A stretch of DNA of 64,000 nt, from the NCBI GenBank assembly GCA_963762255.1, contig CAVXKA010000001.1, positions 1,391,222 to 1,455,221 on the forward strand, written 5' to 3'. The position numbers and the translations under genes are program-made. This document shows, one piece after another, positions 19,131 through 29,600 of this stretch; the first letter of the stretch is position 1; each line of letters starts with the position of its first letter. The stretch is from Candidatus Eiseniibacteriota bacterium. GTDB taxonomy: Bacteria; Eisenbacteria; RBG-16-71-46; JABDJR01. The notes under the pieces are model-generated. The model was not told where the DNA came from, made no database searches, and saw only the letters and a list, made by a program, of their open reading frames with translations.

Positions 19131-19343
19131 TTAGTCCCCCTCATCCTCTGCGTCGTGCTGCTCCGGAACACCCTTGACGAGTCTGCTGGGGGGGGCTTCC
19201 TGGATGATCCTCGGAACATCATCTGGGGAGGGCTTGACACCCTCCTCAACGTAGTTGATGAGATCAGGGTCCTGGGGCGGTATCACGATGAGCGGGGGCA
19301 CTGGTCTTGGAGTTGAGGGCTTCTCGCCCTGGTCTTTGTTCAT
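19131..19343 (-). CDS. Small Pro/acid-rich protein (70 aa)
   Basis: MNKDQGEKPSTPRPVPPLIVIPPQDPDLINYVEEG...; GGAGA upstream; overlaps the tail of the upstream membrane gene. Confidence 0.5.
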   Translation of the reverse strand: MNKDQGEKPSTPRPVPPLIVIPPQDPDLINYVEEGVKPSPDDVPRIIQEAPPSRLVKGVPEQHDAEDEGD

Positions 19344-19956
19344 GTATCTGGATTCTCCCGGAATCTGGATCACACCCAGTTCCGATGTCGGGTCGGCACG
19401 GCGATGGTACCAAGATGATTGGGCTTTCGTCGCATGGATGGGCACCGAACACGAGAGCAGTGAAGAAGAGGATGAAGAGGACCAGGGCGGCACCAAGGAG
19501 CCGTCCTGCCAGCCGCAGTGAGTCGAAGTCCTTCTTAAGGACGCTGGCGTTGTGAGTGTGTGCACAAAGAAGATTGCCGAGAAGCTGAAGTTCGACTTCT
19601 CGCTTTGGGCGGGCGATATACTTAGTTGCAAACCGCGTCGGCTCCGGATCATCGCGCAGGACCTTGGGAAACGCCGTGAACAGCCCAAAGAACAGAACTG
19701 CCCCCAAAAGCAGGACTATCGAGATCCAGAGCCAGGGAGTAATAGCGTGAGCCCAGGAATCAAGACATTCCTTGTAAAGCACCGAGCGAGACTGAAGAGT
19801 GCCAGTGAACAAGAAGCTGGTCGCGGCAAGCAACAGACCGGACTTCGTACGGAGACTTGCCCGTTGATTGCCTTGGTTTGTGATGCGAGCCTGAGTCTCC
19901 CGAATGATGAGATCGAGGGTCTCAGGGTCACCTTGAAGATCTTCTTCGGTAGCCAT
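19264..19956 (-). CDS. Three-TM membrane protein resembling Pycsar-effector (DUF5706-like) proteins
   Basis: Helix then TKSGLLLA-TM1, TM2-FPK, N..VLKKDF..LRLA-TM3 layout. Confidence 0.5.
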   Translation of the reverse strand: MATEEDLQGDPETLDLIIRETQARITNQGNQRASLRTKSGLLLAATSFLFTGTLQSRSVLYKECLDSWAHAITPWLWISIVLLLGAVLFFGLFTAFPKVLRDDPEPTRFATKYIARPKREVELQLLGNLLCAHTHNASVLKKDFDSLRLAGRLLGAALVLFILFFTALVFGAHPCDESPIILVPSPCRPDIGTGCDPDSGRIQIHEQRPGREALNSKTSAPAHRDTAPGP

Positions 19957-20159
19957 ATTGTGTGTACCAACGTACCACAGCGTCAGGAATTCCGGAATCC
20001 CTCGACGATTGCCTCTCTAGCCATGGCTCCGGAAGTATCGGTAGTGATTGCAGAAAGCTATCCGGCATCTAGGGGGGCGCCTGTTGGTACCCCACCGGGA
20101 CTAGCGACGGACCGACCACGGGGCCCGTCGGTGGGACCAGACTTCTCGGCCCAATGGGG

Positions 20160-20192
20160 AGCCGAGACGGGACGAGGTCAAGGGGAACCGGG
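20160..20192. repeat. 33-bp promoter-like repeat, copy 2
   Basis: AGCCGAGACGGGACGAGGTCAAGGGGAACCGGG; see copy 1. Confidence 0.75.
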
Positions 20193-20299
20193 CTGGGAGT
20201 AGACTCCCCGCAGAGGGTGGCTCTTATCAAGAAGGACGGGACTTGCGGTAGGAGGAAGAGTGCCCAGCGGAGTGTGCGTCTTCTGTGTGAGGTCGGACT

Positions 20300-21325
20300 T
20301 TGAAACTCGCGTGGAGAGGTTTGTTTACACGGAGTAGAGGCAGCAGCACGCTCATGGTTGGCGTGATGTTGGCGGCACTGGGTGCGTGTTCGAACGGCCC
20401 CGCGGAGCCGGAGCTGCCAACCTGGCAACAGGGAGACGGGCCGTTCGACATCTCGCCAGACAATCGATTCGTGCTGTATCTGCATCGCGCATCCCGCGAA
20501 GGGCCGCAGGGTGTATATATGCTGGACAGGCAGTCGGCTGACCCGCCGAGGCTGTTGTGGGAGTTCGAGACGGGCTTCGATACTCCCTATGATCCTCGCT
20601 TCTCGCCGGACGCGACCAAGCTGGTCATGACCCGCGACTTTACGCGGGACATCTATCTCTACGACATCGAGACGGGCGAGGAGCGCCAGCTCACCTTCAC
20701 AAGCGGCAACGCCAAGTCACCCGACTGGCATCCGGGGGGCGAGCTAATCGTGTATGCTAGGTACATATGTGGTTCCTATCAGCAACCAGATACGACGTGC
20801 GGTCCGTTCATTGTTAACGTTGCAACAGGTGAAGAGACACGAATTCGACACAAAGGAGCGATGGTTACCGGCGCCGATCCTCGTTGGTCTCCGGATGGGA
20901 GTATGCTGGCGATTGCCATGGGGGTCAGGTTGGAGCATGAGACTACAACTTCGAGGTGGCACATCTTCACGGTTACACCCGATGGGAGTGCATTGACCGA
21001 TGTCACCCCAGGGGAGGACACGTTCAAGTCTGATCCAATGTGGCTCTCGGATACTGAGATTCTCTATAGATCGGAGAAAAGGACGGGCGTCGCCGATGTC
21101 GACTGGCGCGTGGTCGATACAAAGACTGGGGCCATAAGAGGTTGGGAGGTCGATCTTCCCGGCGTCTCGCGTCGTGAAGTCTCCCGAGATGGCAGATACG
21201 TTGTGTACAATGACGCAGATCCGTCCGGATCATACGGGGTGCTCTATATACAAGAGACCGATGACGAGATGGGGAGGAGGCGCCAGCAACTGACGTCCTT
21301 CACACCGCTTGAAGGTGATGAATAG
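20300..21325 (+). CDS. TolB-like PD40 beta-propeller lipoprotein
   Basis: Lipobox-like LGAC; repeats ISPDN, PRFSPDA, PDWHPGG, PRWSPDG. Confidence 0.85.
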   Translation: MKLAWRGLFTRSRGSSTLMVGVMLAALGACSNGPAEPELPTWQQGDGPFDISPDNRFVLYLHRASREGPQGVYMLDRQSADPPRLLWEFETGFDTPYDPRFSPDATKLVMTRDFTRDIYLYDIETGEERQLTFTSGNAKSPDWHPGGELIVYARYICGSYQQPDTTCGPFIVNVATGEETRIRHKGAMVTGADPRWSPDGSMLAIAMGVRLEHETTTSRWHIFTVTPDGSALTDVTPGEDTFKSDPMWLSDTEILYRSEKRTGVADVDWRVVDTKTGAIRGWEVDLPGVSRREVSRDGRYVVYNDADPSGSYGVLYIQETDDEMGRRRQQLTSFTPLEGDE

Positions 21326-21841
21326 GGAATCCAATCGAGGAGTTCAGACTCGGTCTGTACAGCGACGGTTTCCGCCTGACGCTCGGCGCGTTCCGGGGAT
21401 CTGGTGAGGCTCATCGAAGGGGGGGGGAGCCGCATGTTTCCTACCCATTCGAAAACCGCCCTTCGAGTGGGCACCATTGCCGCCTGGGGACAGTTTTTGC
21501 CGCAAGACCGATCCCCGAAACCCATTGATTTCAAACATATATAGCTCCACCCGGACTGGGGTGCAGCCTCACACCTCCCACGGGTGACGATAGGTTCATG
21601 TCCAGTCGAGTCGAGTGGGCACGATCGTCGCCCCCCCGAAAGACGACAACAATGGTTGTCCTCCGCTCATCATCCGGCGGGGCCGCGCTGGCTGACTCGC
21701 ACGGGGGGGCAAACCAGACTGGGCCGTCACCCCCGTGAAAGGTGCGATCCCCGAAATCATGGACGGGCTTATACTGCGCGGCAGGCCGCCTGATCGTCGG
21801 ACGGTCCAGCGCCCCCTTCAAGGTAGCGAGTACCAGACTGA

Positions 21842-22576
21842 ATGATGAACAGTCAGCCCATCACTCGACTATGGCGTGATTCGGTTCTTGACGCACTGGT
21901 ACGGGTGAGTTCGTCGCATGGAACCGAGTTGATCACGCGTCACACGCTTATAGAGGAGGAATTGGCCCGGATCGTCGAGGAGACTCAGTCAATCGGTACA
22001 ACACCCCGACAGACACTCAGCCTCGTTCTCCAGAAACTCCGCGATGAAGGTGTGCTGCAGTTTCTCGGTGGCGGAGTCTACCGTCTAAGCAAACAACCGA
22101 TTGACATGGAACTCGCCGAACTTACCGACCCAGAGATTGATGCAGCTATTCGAGCGCACTTGCTGCGATTCGGACGTGTCAAGACAGGCGACACCAAGGC
22201 GCTATCCCAGCAGCGGCGGGGTCAACACCGAGTTCGTGTTCTGACTCTTGAGAACTATAGGAGTCGCTGCGCCCTGTGTGATGTATGTGACGGTCGGCTC
22301 CTTGTAGCTAGCCACATCGTTCCGTGGGCTAACTCCATAGATGCGAGAGGCGATCTCACCAATGTCATCTGCCTGTGCCGCTTCCATGACCCGCTCTTCG
22401 AGAGAGGTTATTGGTCACTAAGGGATGACATGTCGGTGCTTTGTCGATCACCCCTCGTCAGCAAAACGTTGCAGATGCTGCTCTCGCCTGAACTCTCCTT
22501 TGTTTTTCCGGCCGGTCACTCGCCAGAGCGCCACTACCTCCAATTCCATCGTCAGAAGCATGGCTTCGAGGTGTAG
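21842..22576 (+). CDS. Winged-helix-HNH endonuclease (candidate modification-dependent restriction enzyme)
   Basis: N-terminal LSLVLQKLRDEGVLQFLGGGVYRL resembles the DpnI-type winged helix; C-terminal RRGQ...CALC...ASHIVPW...NVICLCRFHD (HNH_2). Confidence 0.75.
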   Translation: MMNSQPITRLWRDSVLDALVRVSSSHGTELITRHTLIEEELARIVEETQSIGTTPRQTLSLVLQKLRDEGVLQFLGGGVYRLSKQPIDMELAELTDPEIDAAIRAHLLRFGRVKTGDTKALSQQRRGQHRVRVLTLENYRSRCALCDVCDGRLLVASHIVPWANSIDARGDLTNVICLCRFHDPLFERGYWSLRDDMSVLCRSPLVSKTLQMLLSPELSFVFPAGHSPERHYLQFHRQKHGFEV

Positions 22577-22718
22577 ACGGCTTTGCTGACTGACAGTTGT
22601 ATCATCTCGCCGCTTCGTTGCCATCGTCTCCTCCGGGTCTATAGGAGAGGAATCCGGCGTGACAGACTGCGTAGGGGTCGCGGACGACCTTAGACCGACT
22701 GCAAGTAAAGGAGTGGCA

Positions 22719-23516
22719 ATGAAGTTGATGCACTGGCTGGGCCACGAAGTCGAGGTTGCGCAGAGCGCCGGTGGAGTTTTCGCATTCGTGGATCCGTGGG
22801 ATGGCGTCGTCCACGGTGGCGTCACCCCCTGGCCGCCTCCCGAGCTAACCCAGAAGCTCTATCAGAGTCGCCAGGCGAGGGCGTATCGAGGTCCGGATGG
22901 AGAAGCAGTTACTCGTGTTCTGGGCCATTATTCAGACCTGCAGTCGGTGCACTCGGAAGACGCGGTCACATGGAGTCTGTTCGGCCCTCTGGCTCACGCC
23001 TTACCAGAGGTCCGGCGGCAGTTCGCCGAGCAACTGCTGCAACTCCTGGGGCTTGAGGAGAGCGTTTCAGCCGCCACCGTGTGGCTCTGGAGGCGCCTGC
23101 CGCACCCGGACAACCTGGTCCCCGGTGGCCCAGAGATCGATGTGGGCATCCAAACGGACACTACCCTGGTTCTGGTCGAGGCAAAGTGGCGTTCGGCTGT
23201 CGGGGCCGGCCAAGGCGTCGCCCGTGACAAGGACCAGATCCAGATTCGTGCCGAGTTCTGCGGGAAGTACGGGTCGCAGATCTACCCCGGAGTCACTCGC
23301 TTTGTCGTCTTGGCTGTCGGACAAAGTCTCGGGACGTTGAATCCTGCGCAGCTGGGGCATGCGGACGGATCTGTGTCCATCCGCGAGATGACCTGGGGTA
23401 CTCTCGGAGGGCTCGGTGCGAACCCGACCGCCGGTGAATTCCGAGATCAACTCAGATGGCGAGAAGAGCACTCCCAACTTGTCGGGAAGCGTGGAGTGCC
23501 TCGTAACCGCCTCTGA
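22719..23516 (+). CDS. PD-(D/E)xK nuclease family protein
   Basis: SEDAVTW...PEIDVGIQTDTTLVLVEAKW; AAGGAG RBS before ATG 22719. Confidence 0.75.
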   Translation: MKLMHWLGHEVEVAQSAGGVFAFVDPWDGVVHGGVTPWPPPELTQKLYQSRQARAYRGPDGEAVTRVLGHYSDLQSVHSEDAVTWSLFGPLAHALPEVRRQFAEQLLQLLGLEESVSAATVWLWRRLPHPDNLVPGGPEIDVGIQTDTTLVLVEAKWRSAVGAGQGVARDKDQIQIRAEFCGKYGSQIYPGVTRFVVLAVGQSLGTLNPAQLGHADGSVSIREMTWGTLGGLGANPTAGEFRDQLRWREEHSQLVGKRGVPRNRL

Positions 23517-23607
23517 TGACGTGTCGGTCGTCGCGGGCGCGGCCGGGCGGCAGCACGGTAGGCGGCAATTGATCCGTTGCTTCCAGCGCGAGCCACAGGA
23601 GTAGAGG

Positions 23608-24081
23608 ATGCCCACAAGCGTCTCCATGGCCAAGAATGGAATCCGCCGGGCACTCATGGCGATTCTTGATGAGTATCCCGACGAGCGGGTCATCGGCGAT
23701 CTCTGGGATCACTTTTACAGTCGGTGCGCGTATTGTGGAAGACAACTGTCCCCGAGTGTCCGAGGCAAAGGCCTGGACCATCTTATCCCAGCAGCGCAAG
23801 GTGGCTCAAACCAAGCCGCCAACCTTGTTCTCGCCTGCACCGACTGCAATGACAACCGGCGAGACCTTCCATGGGCCGCCTTCTTGAAGTCGGTGAGCGA
23901 GCCCGCTCACGTCCCTGAGCGTTCGGGGCGGATTGAAGCCTGGGTAGCACGCCATGGGGGGAGCGCGCGCCAACGGAACGACGACCTTCGTGCAATTGCA
24001 CAGCCCTACATCGAGGCAGTGCTTCAGGCGTGTGACGACGCGAAGCTGGCACTTCGGAAGATCCGAGATGGCGGCGTCTGA
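23608..24081 (+). CDS. HNH endonuclease
   Basis: CAYCG...LDHLIP...GGSN...NLVLACTDCN. Confidence 0.9.
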   Translation: MPTSVSMAKNGIRRALMAILDEYPDERVIGDLWDHFYSRCAYCGRQLSPSVRGKGLDHLIPAAQGGSNQAANLVLACTDCNDNRRDLPWAAFLKSVSEPAHVPERSGRIEAWVARHGGSARQRNDDLRAIAQPYIEAVLQACDDAKLALRKIRDGGV

Positions 24082-24133
24082 CCCTTCGCTGGAATGGCCA
24101 ACAGGGCTTTGCCCTGCTGCCGCTGAGTTCAGC
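24076..24133 (+). other. Degenerate attC-like palindrome
   Basis: GTCTGAC (R''-like, contains the HNH stop) CCTTCGCTGGAATGG...CAGGGC-TTT-GCCCTG...GCTGAGTTCAGC; no GTTRRRY R' box. Confidence 0.35.
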
Positions 24134-24169
24134 ATCCGCAAGGCACGGCTCTTCAGGAACTAGAGGAAG

Positions 24170-24658
24170 ATGGACATGAAACTTGCTGACCTGCTTTCAG
24201 TAGGCGCGCTGACCGGAGTAGTTGGGATGCTCACCGGCGTCTATGGAGCTATTCGTGCCCACCGCGCAGATCGGAAGGTGGAGAACTACCGGCGGGGCGA
24301 TCGGCGTTTGGAACTGCGCAGGTTGCGGAATGACACGGAAGTCGCGGCCGAGAGCCTGATTGCCCTGCTGCCAAGGGCGTTGGAGAGCCGCCAGTCCGCT
24401 CTCCACAGACGCGGCATCCTAAAATCAAGCATCACAGAGGCTTTCGAAGCAGCGTACAAGAACGACCTGGCGGCCGCCACGCGGCTGGCCCGCAGTGTCC
24501 CCCGCCGAGCTGAAACCTTTGACTCCCTTTCACCCAACGAACTAGATGAGAGGATTGTCGGCCTCGACCACACATGCTCTGAGATCGCCGCCTTGGCGAA
24601 GAAATACCGTGTGAGCATGGAGGAGGACGCCAGGTGGCGACCCGATGAAAGCAGATGA
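24170..24658 (+). CDS. Hypothetical protein, N-terminal TM plus helical domain
   Basis: LLSVGALTGVVGMLTGVYGAI TM segment; GAGG upstream. Confidence 0.65.
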   Translation: MDMKLADLLSVGALTGVVGMLTGVYGAIRAHRADRKVENYRRGDRRLELRRLRNDTEVAAESLIALLPRALESRQSALHRRGILKSSITEAFEAAYKNDLAAATRLARSVPRRAETFDSLSPNELDERIVGLDHTCSEIAALAKKYRVSMEEDARWRPDESR

Positions 24659-24914
24659 AGGTAAACATGTGCTGAAGAGCTACCGAGTCTTCACTATGGC
24701 GGCAACCTCGCCGCCGAGCCTCCGCTTGATGACAAAGATACCCTTGGCCCGGTCTGTTGGTGGCGGAGACTCGGGGGGCGGTGTGCCGAGCCGGGTTCGG
24801 GTGTAGTATCCGCCAGCGATGGGTGACAGCGTTCGCGGGGACGGGTGAGCGGCGACATCGCAGATCACTCTGCGCACTTAGACAAATCGGTTCCCATGGG
24901 GAGTAGGCCGCGTC

Positions 24915-26102
24915 ATGCCTTCCGGAAGCAAGGATTACTACAAGACTCTGCAGGTTGATCCACATGCGGAGTCTGAAGTCATTGAAGCTGCATTCAAGCG
25001 GCTCGCTCACAAGTACCACCCGGACAAGAGCCGCGCATCCGACGCGACCGCTCGCATGCAGGAACTGATAGCAGCATATGAAGTGCTTCGCGACCCCATC
25101 AAGCGCAGGCAGTATGACCAGGGGAGAGTGTCCCGATCCTCAGGTCTCGAAGGGGATTTCGAGGAAGAACGACGAAGGCGCGAAGAAGCGGAGCGATCTG
25201 ACCGTCGTGCTCAGGGGGAGGCGCGAGAGGCCCGTCGCCGGGCTGCAGAGGCGCAGCGGATGCGCGAGGAAGCTGAAGCCGCGCGGTGGCGAGCTCAAGC
25301 CGAAGCCGAAGCCGCAAGACGATATGCGGAAGGGGAGAACCGCAAGCGCAGGGAGGCAGAGACGGCGGGACACGGCGCGGAGGGTGAGCGGCCGAGGGAG
25401 GGGGAGAGCAAGGCCGCGGGGCACGACGCCCAAGATGTATTGCGGGAAGGTACATGGCCTGACGAGAGACAACGGCACGCCAAGGGGACGCAACCATCCG
25501 AATCCACCGGTCAGGACCGTGAGCGAGATGGATTGGGATCCAAGGCGCCCAAGCAAGACAATCGCGCCGGGGTCAGGAACGGAGAGGCCACGGCTCCTCG
25601 TAGCGCGAAGCCCGGTGTCCGGCACGGGCGCGTCTCCCAGGGACGGTCCTGGATGGTGCCGGTGCTCCTTACTCTGATAGTTGCGTCGGCAATCTACTAT
25701 TTCAGCTGGCAATACGTGACGCGAAGGCTTGCTGCGGAAGAGGTCCGGGTGGCGCAAGACCTCCACTCCGCCACATCGCCCATCGGAAACGACGGAGACA
25801 GCGATATTGCGTCCTTCTATGCGTTCGATTCGCCGCCCCGGCCTGCCAGAAAGCCCGCGCCGGAGTATCCCGAGGTAGCCCTGGTGACGGGGGCCGAGGG
25901 GACGGTATGGGTCGAGGTGACTATCGACGAGAATGGGCGAGTTATCGCCGCTAGGGTGGTCAGGTCGACTGCGATTCAGGTTCTGAACGAAGCCGCCCGT
26001 GAGGCAGCTATGAAGTGGCTCTTCACCGCGGCCAAGCTGCACGGTGTGCCGGTTAAGTCCCGCATCAGCATTCCGTTCGAGTTTTCCGTCCGCGACCGAT
26101 AG
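24915..26102 (+). CDS. J-domain / coiled coil / TM / TonB C-terminal domain fusion
   Basis: DYYKTLQV...KYHPDK...AYEVLRDP (J-domain, HPD); TM WMVPVLLTLIVASAIYYFSW; PEYP...GAEGTVWVEVTIDENGRV...KWLF...IPFEF. Confidence 0.85.
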   Translation: MPSGSKDYYKTLQVDPHAESEVIEAAFKRLAHKYHPDKSRASDATARMQELIAAYEVLRDPIKRRQYDQGRVSRSSGLEGDFEEERRRREEAERSDRRAQGEAREARRRAAEAQRMREEAEAARWRAQAEAEAARRYAEGENRKRREAETAGHGAEGERPREGESKAAGHDAQDVLREGTWPDERQRHAKGTQPSESTGQDRERDGLGSKAPKQDNRAGVRNGEATAPRSAKPGVRHGRVSQGRSWMVPVLLTLIVASAIYYFSWQYVTRRLAAEEVRVAQDLHSATSPIGNDGDSDIASFYAFDSPPRPARKPAPEYPEVALVTGAEGTVWVEVTIDENGRVIAARVVRSTAIQVLNEAAREAAMKWLFTAAKLHGVPVKSRISIPFEFSVRDR

Positions 26103-26645
26103 TCCCTCGTGCTCATGCCCGCAGAGCCGACTCACTTTTCTTTCCCGCGCCGGAGGGGACTCAACCACGAACGGTGTCACCTCGTGCAGGTGGGGTACTC
26201 CTGATCCTCCTGGTTGGTGCACGCGGTGCTCGCTGGCCCGGAAAGATTGGACCTGTGGAGGCACTGGGTGCTCTGGCGGGACTCAGACCTCCGTGCCTTT
26301 CGCCCTTCCGCCTCATCTTCGCGATGCTCCTCCCCGGCCCGCCTCGGCACTGGGGGGTGGGCATCTCGAAGGGCTTTCTCGTCATGGGACGAGGAAGTTG
26401 TAAACGCCGGTCGAAAACCGCGGCGTCGCATGCCGCCGACCGTCAGGTTCGTGCCCCTTCGAAACCAGTGGCGAAGGTATAGTTGGCTGTGGAGCAAGGA
26501 GTTAGATCCGTTTGCCATGTAAGTGAGGCGCGTGGTGTACCAGCGTGCATCCTCTGCTGCAGCTCACCGCCGGCCGCCTACAGCAGACTGGTTCATCGCC
26601 ATTCGGCCTCATTGGGGTACACTGCGGCCATCCCCGTATGGAGCA

Positions 26646-29600
26646 ATGATGGCCGCGGATCTCATTCCATGGATCAGATACTGGCGTCGTGATGAAACGG
26701 TAGTTCCACTGCCCGCCAGCGGGTTTCTCTCACAAGAGATGCTCGCTCAAGCCGCGAGTACGGGTGCCGTCTCGACGCTTCGAGAGTTGACGGATGTTCC
26801 CTGCTTGATCTTGTTGGGTGAACCCGGGCTCGGCAAGACGCGGCTTATCCAACAGGAGGAGCGGGATCTCGCGGCCATGCTCGTGCCTGCGGACGAATCG
26901 CGGTACCTAGACCTCGGCGCCTATAGCAACGAGGCACGACTATGGGATGCCCTCGCGCAAGGCACGCGAACGGACCCAGCGCCCCATGTTCTGCATCTCT
27001 TTCTCGACAGCTTTGACGAGTGCCAGTCGCGCATCCCGAACCTTGGTCGACTAGTCGTTCAGTTTCTGCGTGACCATCGAACCTACCTCCCGCGGCTGCG
27101 ACTCCGGATCGCCTCTCGGACATTGGACTGGCCCAGGACCTTGGAGGAGGATCTGCGAGTCCTTTGGGACCGCGGGCAGGTGGGTCTTTATCATCTCCTC
27201 CCGCTGACGCAGGAAGACGTGCGGCTCGCGGCCGAGGCGGCAAGCCTCAACCCTAACGCCTTCCTTCAGGAGATCCAGGCCTTCCGGGCAGAACCGCTTG
27301 CCGCGACTCCTCTCACGCTGAACATGCTCCTCAACGTCTATTGCCAGACCGGAACGCTCGGTGGGAGTCAGGCGGAGTTGTTTGAGAATGGCTGCCTGCA
27401 TCTTCTCGAGGAATCGCACCGGGCAGGAGGGGTTGATCGCAGTCCGTTGGCGACACAAGACCGATTGGAGATAGCGACTCGGATCGGGGCCATGCTCCTG
27501 TTCTGTGGAAGGGTGGCGGTCCAGATGGGTGCGGCATCCATCGATTCCGGCAGTGAGGACTTGCGGCTCACCGAAATCCAGGGCGGGCATGAAGAAGCCG
27601 ATGGTCGGAAGGTTGCCGTGACGCCCGAAGCGGTCGCGGACGCCCTCAAGTCCGGCTTGTTCGTCGGCGTGGATGACCGGCGCGTGGTTGCCCAACACAA
27701 GTCATTCACCGAGTTCCTGGCCGCCCGGTTCCTCACCAAGCGCGGGTTGAAACCCGAGGAGGCGCTCGGTTGCGTCACCTGCAAGGTGGGGAAGAAGCAC
27801 ACCTATGTGGTTCCGCAACTGGCCCCCGTGGCGTCGTGGCTTGCGAATCTGGACGGAGCGATACTGGACAGACTCGTCGACCTTGAGCCTCAAGTTGTTC
27901 TCCAGAGTGACAGTAGGCTCCTTGACGACAATGAGCGGGCCAGGCTTGTCGACGCGTTGTTGGGGCAGCTCAAGGCCGGTGAGCGCGAGCAGTTGCACCC
28001 CGAGATGGGGATGTATCTTCAACGCTTGCGGCATCCTGGTCTGGCGGAACAACTCCGTCCGACGATTGTGGATCACGACAATCAGTGGCCAGCTCGCGCA
28101 GCAGCCATCGAGATTGCCGAAGCGTGTGTCGCGCATAATCTCCAGGACGCCCTCGTCACCGTGGCCCTTGGGAAAGATGAGATCCAGCATCTGCGTCTGC
28201 TCGCGACCCATGCTCTGGCCACCGTCGGGGATGAGAGGCATCTAGTCAGGCTGCTCCCGCTGGCCACCGGGGGCGCTGGCGATGATCCCCTGGATGATCT
28301 GCGCGCCAGAGCACTGCGTACCCTGCGTGGAAGGGGGTTGCTCCGAGGAGATGATCTCTTCGTTTGTATCACGCTTCCAAGCCGCCCGCAGCTCCTCGGC
28401 TCCTACGCGTTCTACCTCATGCACGACTTGCCGGAGAGTCTTGAGGCGGCAGAGTTGCCAGCCGCGTTGAGATGGGCAATAGGGATGAGTGACAGGGCGA
28501 AACTGCCCCATGCTATTGGCGAACTGATCCAGACGATTCTCCAACGCGCTGCTGATTCTCCCGCGAGCCTTGAATCGGAGATGGCTCTCGTCGTTTCCAA
28601 CTGCATCAAGAATGGGACCGAACTGAAGCTCTCAATCGAAGGGCCTCGACGGCGGGCGGTTCTTGAGGATGCCATCCACAGGGTACCCGGCAGGGGGGCC
28701 GACTTCTACTACCTCAGGCGCCTGCTAACCGACGAAGATACTGGCTGGATCTCAGACTGCGCGGCGAACGTCGTGACCGGGGACGAGGCGGACAAGTGGT
28801 TCGTGCTGGTCCGCTCGCTCATGCGCGACGGGGAGGCAAGGTCATCTGACGAAGTGATCCAGCTTGTTGCGACCAATCCGCTAATGGCGGCGAAGTTCAG
28901 GGCATGGGTGGAGCCTGTCGAGCTTGAATCGCCAGAGGCAAAACGGCGCCGCGCTGACTACCTTGAGCTTCTGAATTGGGAGCGCGACTCCAAGGCAGAG
29001 GAACCAAGGCAGGCAACGCTCGAGGAAGTGGATGCTTGTCTGGCCCGGGTCCTGGATCGACAGGAATCAGAGGGATTCAACGCGCTGTTGCGCCTGCTCG
29101 AACTTCAAGATGACGGGGGGACTCCAGGACCGATTCCTGAACTCGATCCGGAGGAAATGGACGGGTGGCATCAACTGGATGACGATCGGCGAGAGCGGGT
29201 TAGGTTGGCCGCCGGTGCCTACCTACGCAAGGTAAGTCTGGCGCCGAGCGATTGGGATCAAGGAGTCGTCCCGATCGGTGTGGATGGCTACCGTGCGCTA
29301 GTCCTCTTAGGAAAGGACCCCAGGACACTTGGGGGCTTACCCGAGAGGGTGTGGACAGCTTGGTGTCCCGTCATCCTGCGCCTGTCGCCGCTCGGCATCG
29401 GCCGCGGCGAGGCGCACACCCGAGTCCTTCAAGGGGTCGCGAGCGTTGCGAGAGAGGCGTTCGGTGAGGTCGTGCGGGGAATGGTCATGCGAGCGCGTGG
29501 CCAAGGTCGCGATGTCACCCAGCTCTTGGTGCTCAAGTCATGCTGGAACGAAGAGTTGGGTCAGGTTTTGCTCGACCTCGCCCACGATAAGGAGACCCAC

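Noticed and set aside
21340-21840. Coding or ncRNA potential of the 500-bp intergenic gap
   Set aside because: Short ORFs lack motifs and RBS; no extended structure beyond one GTGACGAT and the TTGATTTCAA motif.
24680-24877. Possible gene remnant on the minus strand
   Set aside because: No recognisable family and no good start.
26130-26520. Several overlapping small ORFs and a CTGAGTCCCGC match to the recombinase 5' end
   Set aside because: An 11-bp match in GC-rich DNA is too short, and the ORFs lack support.
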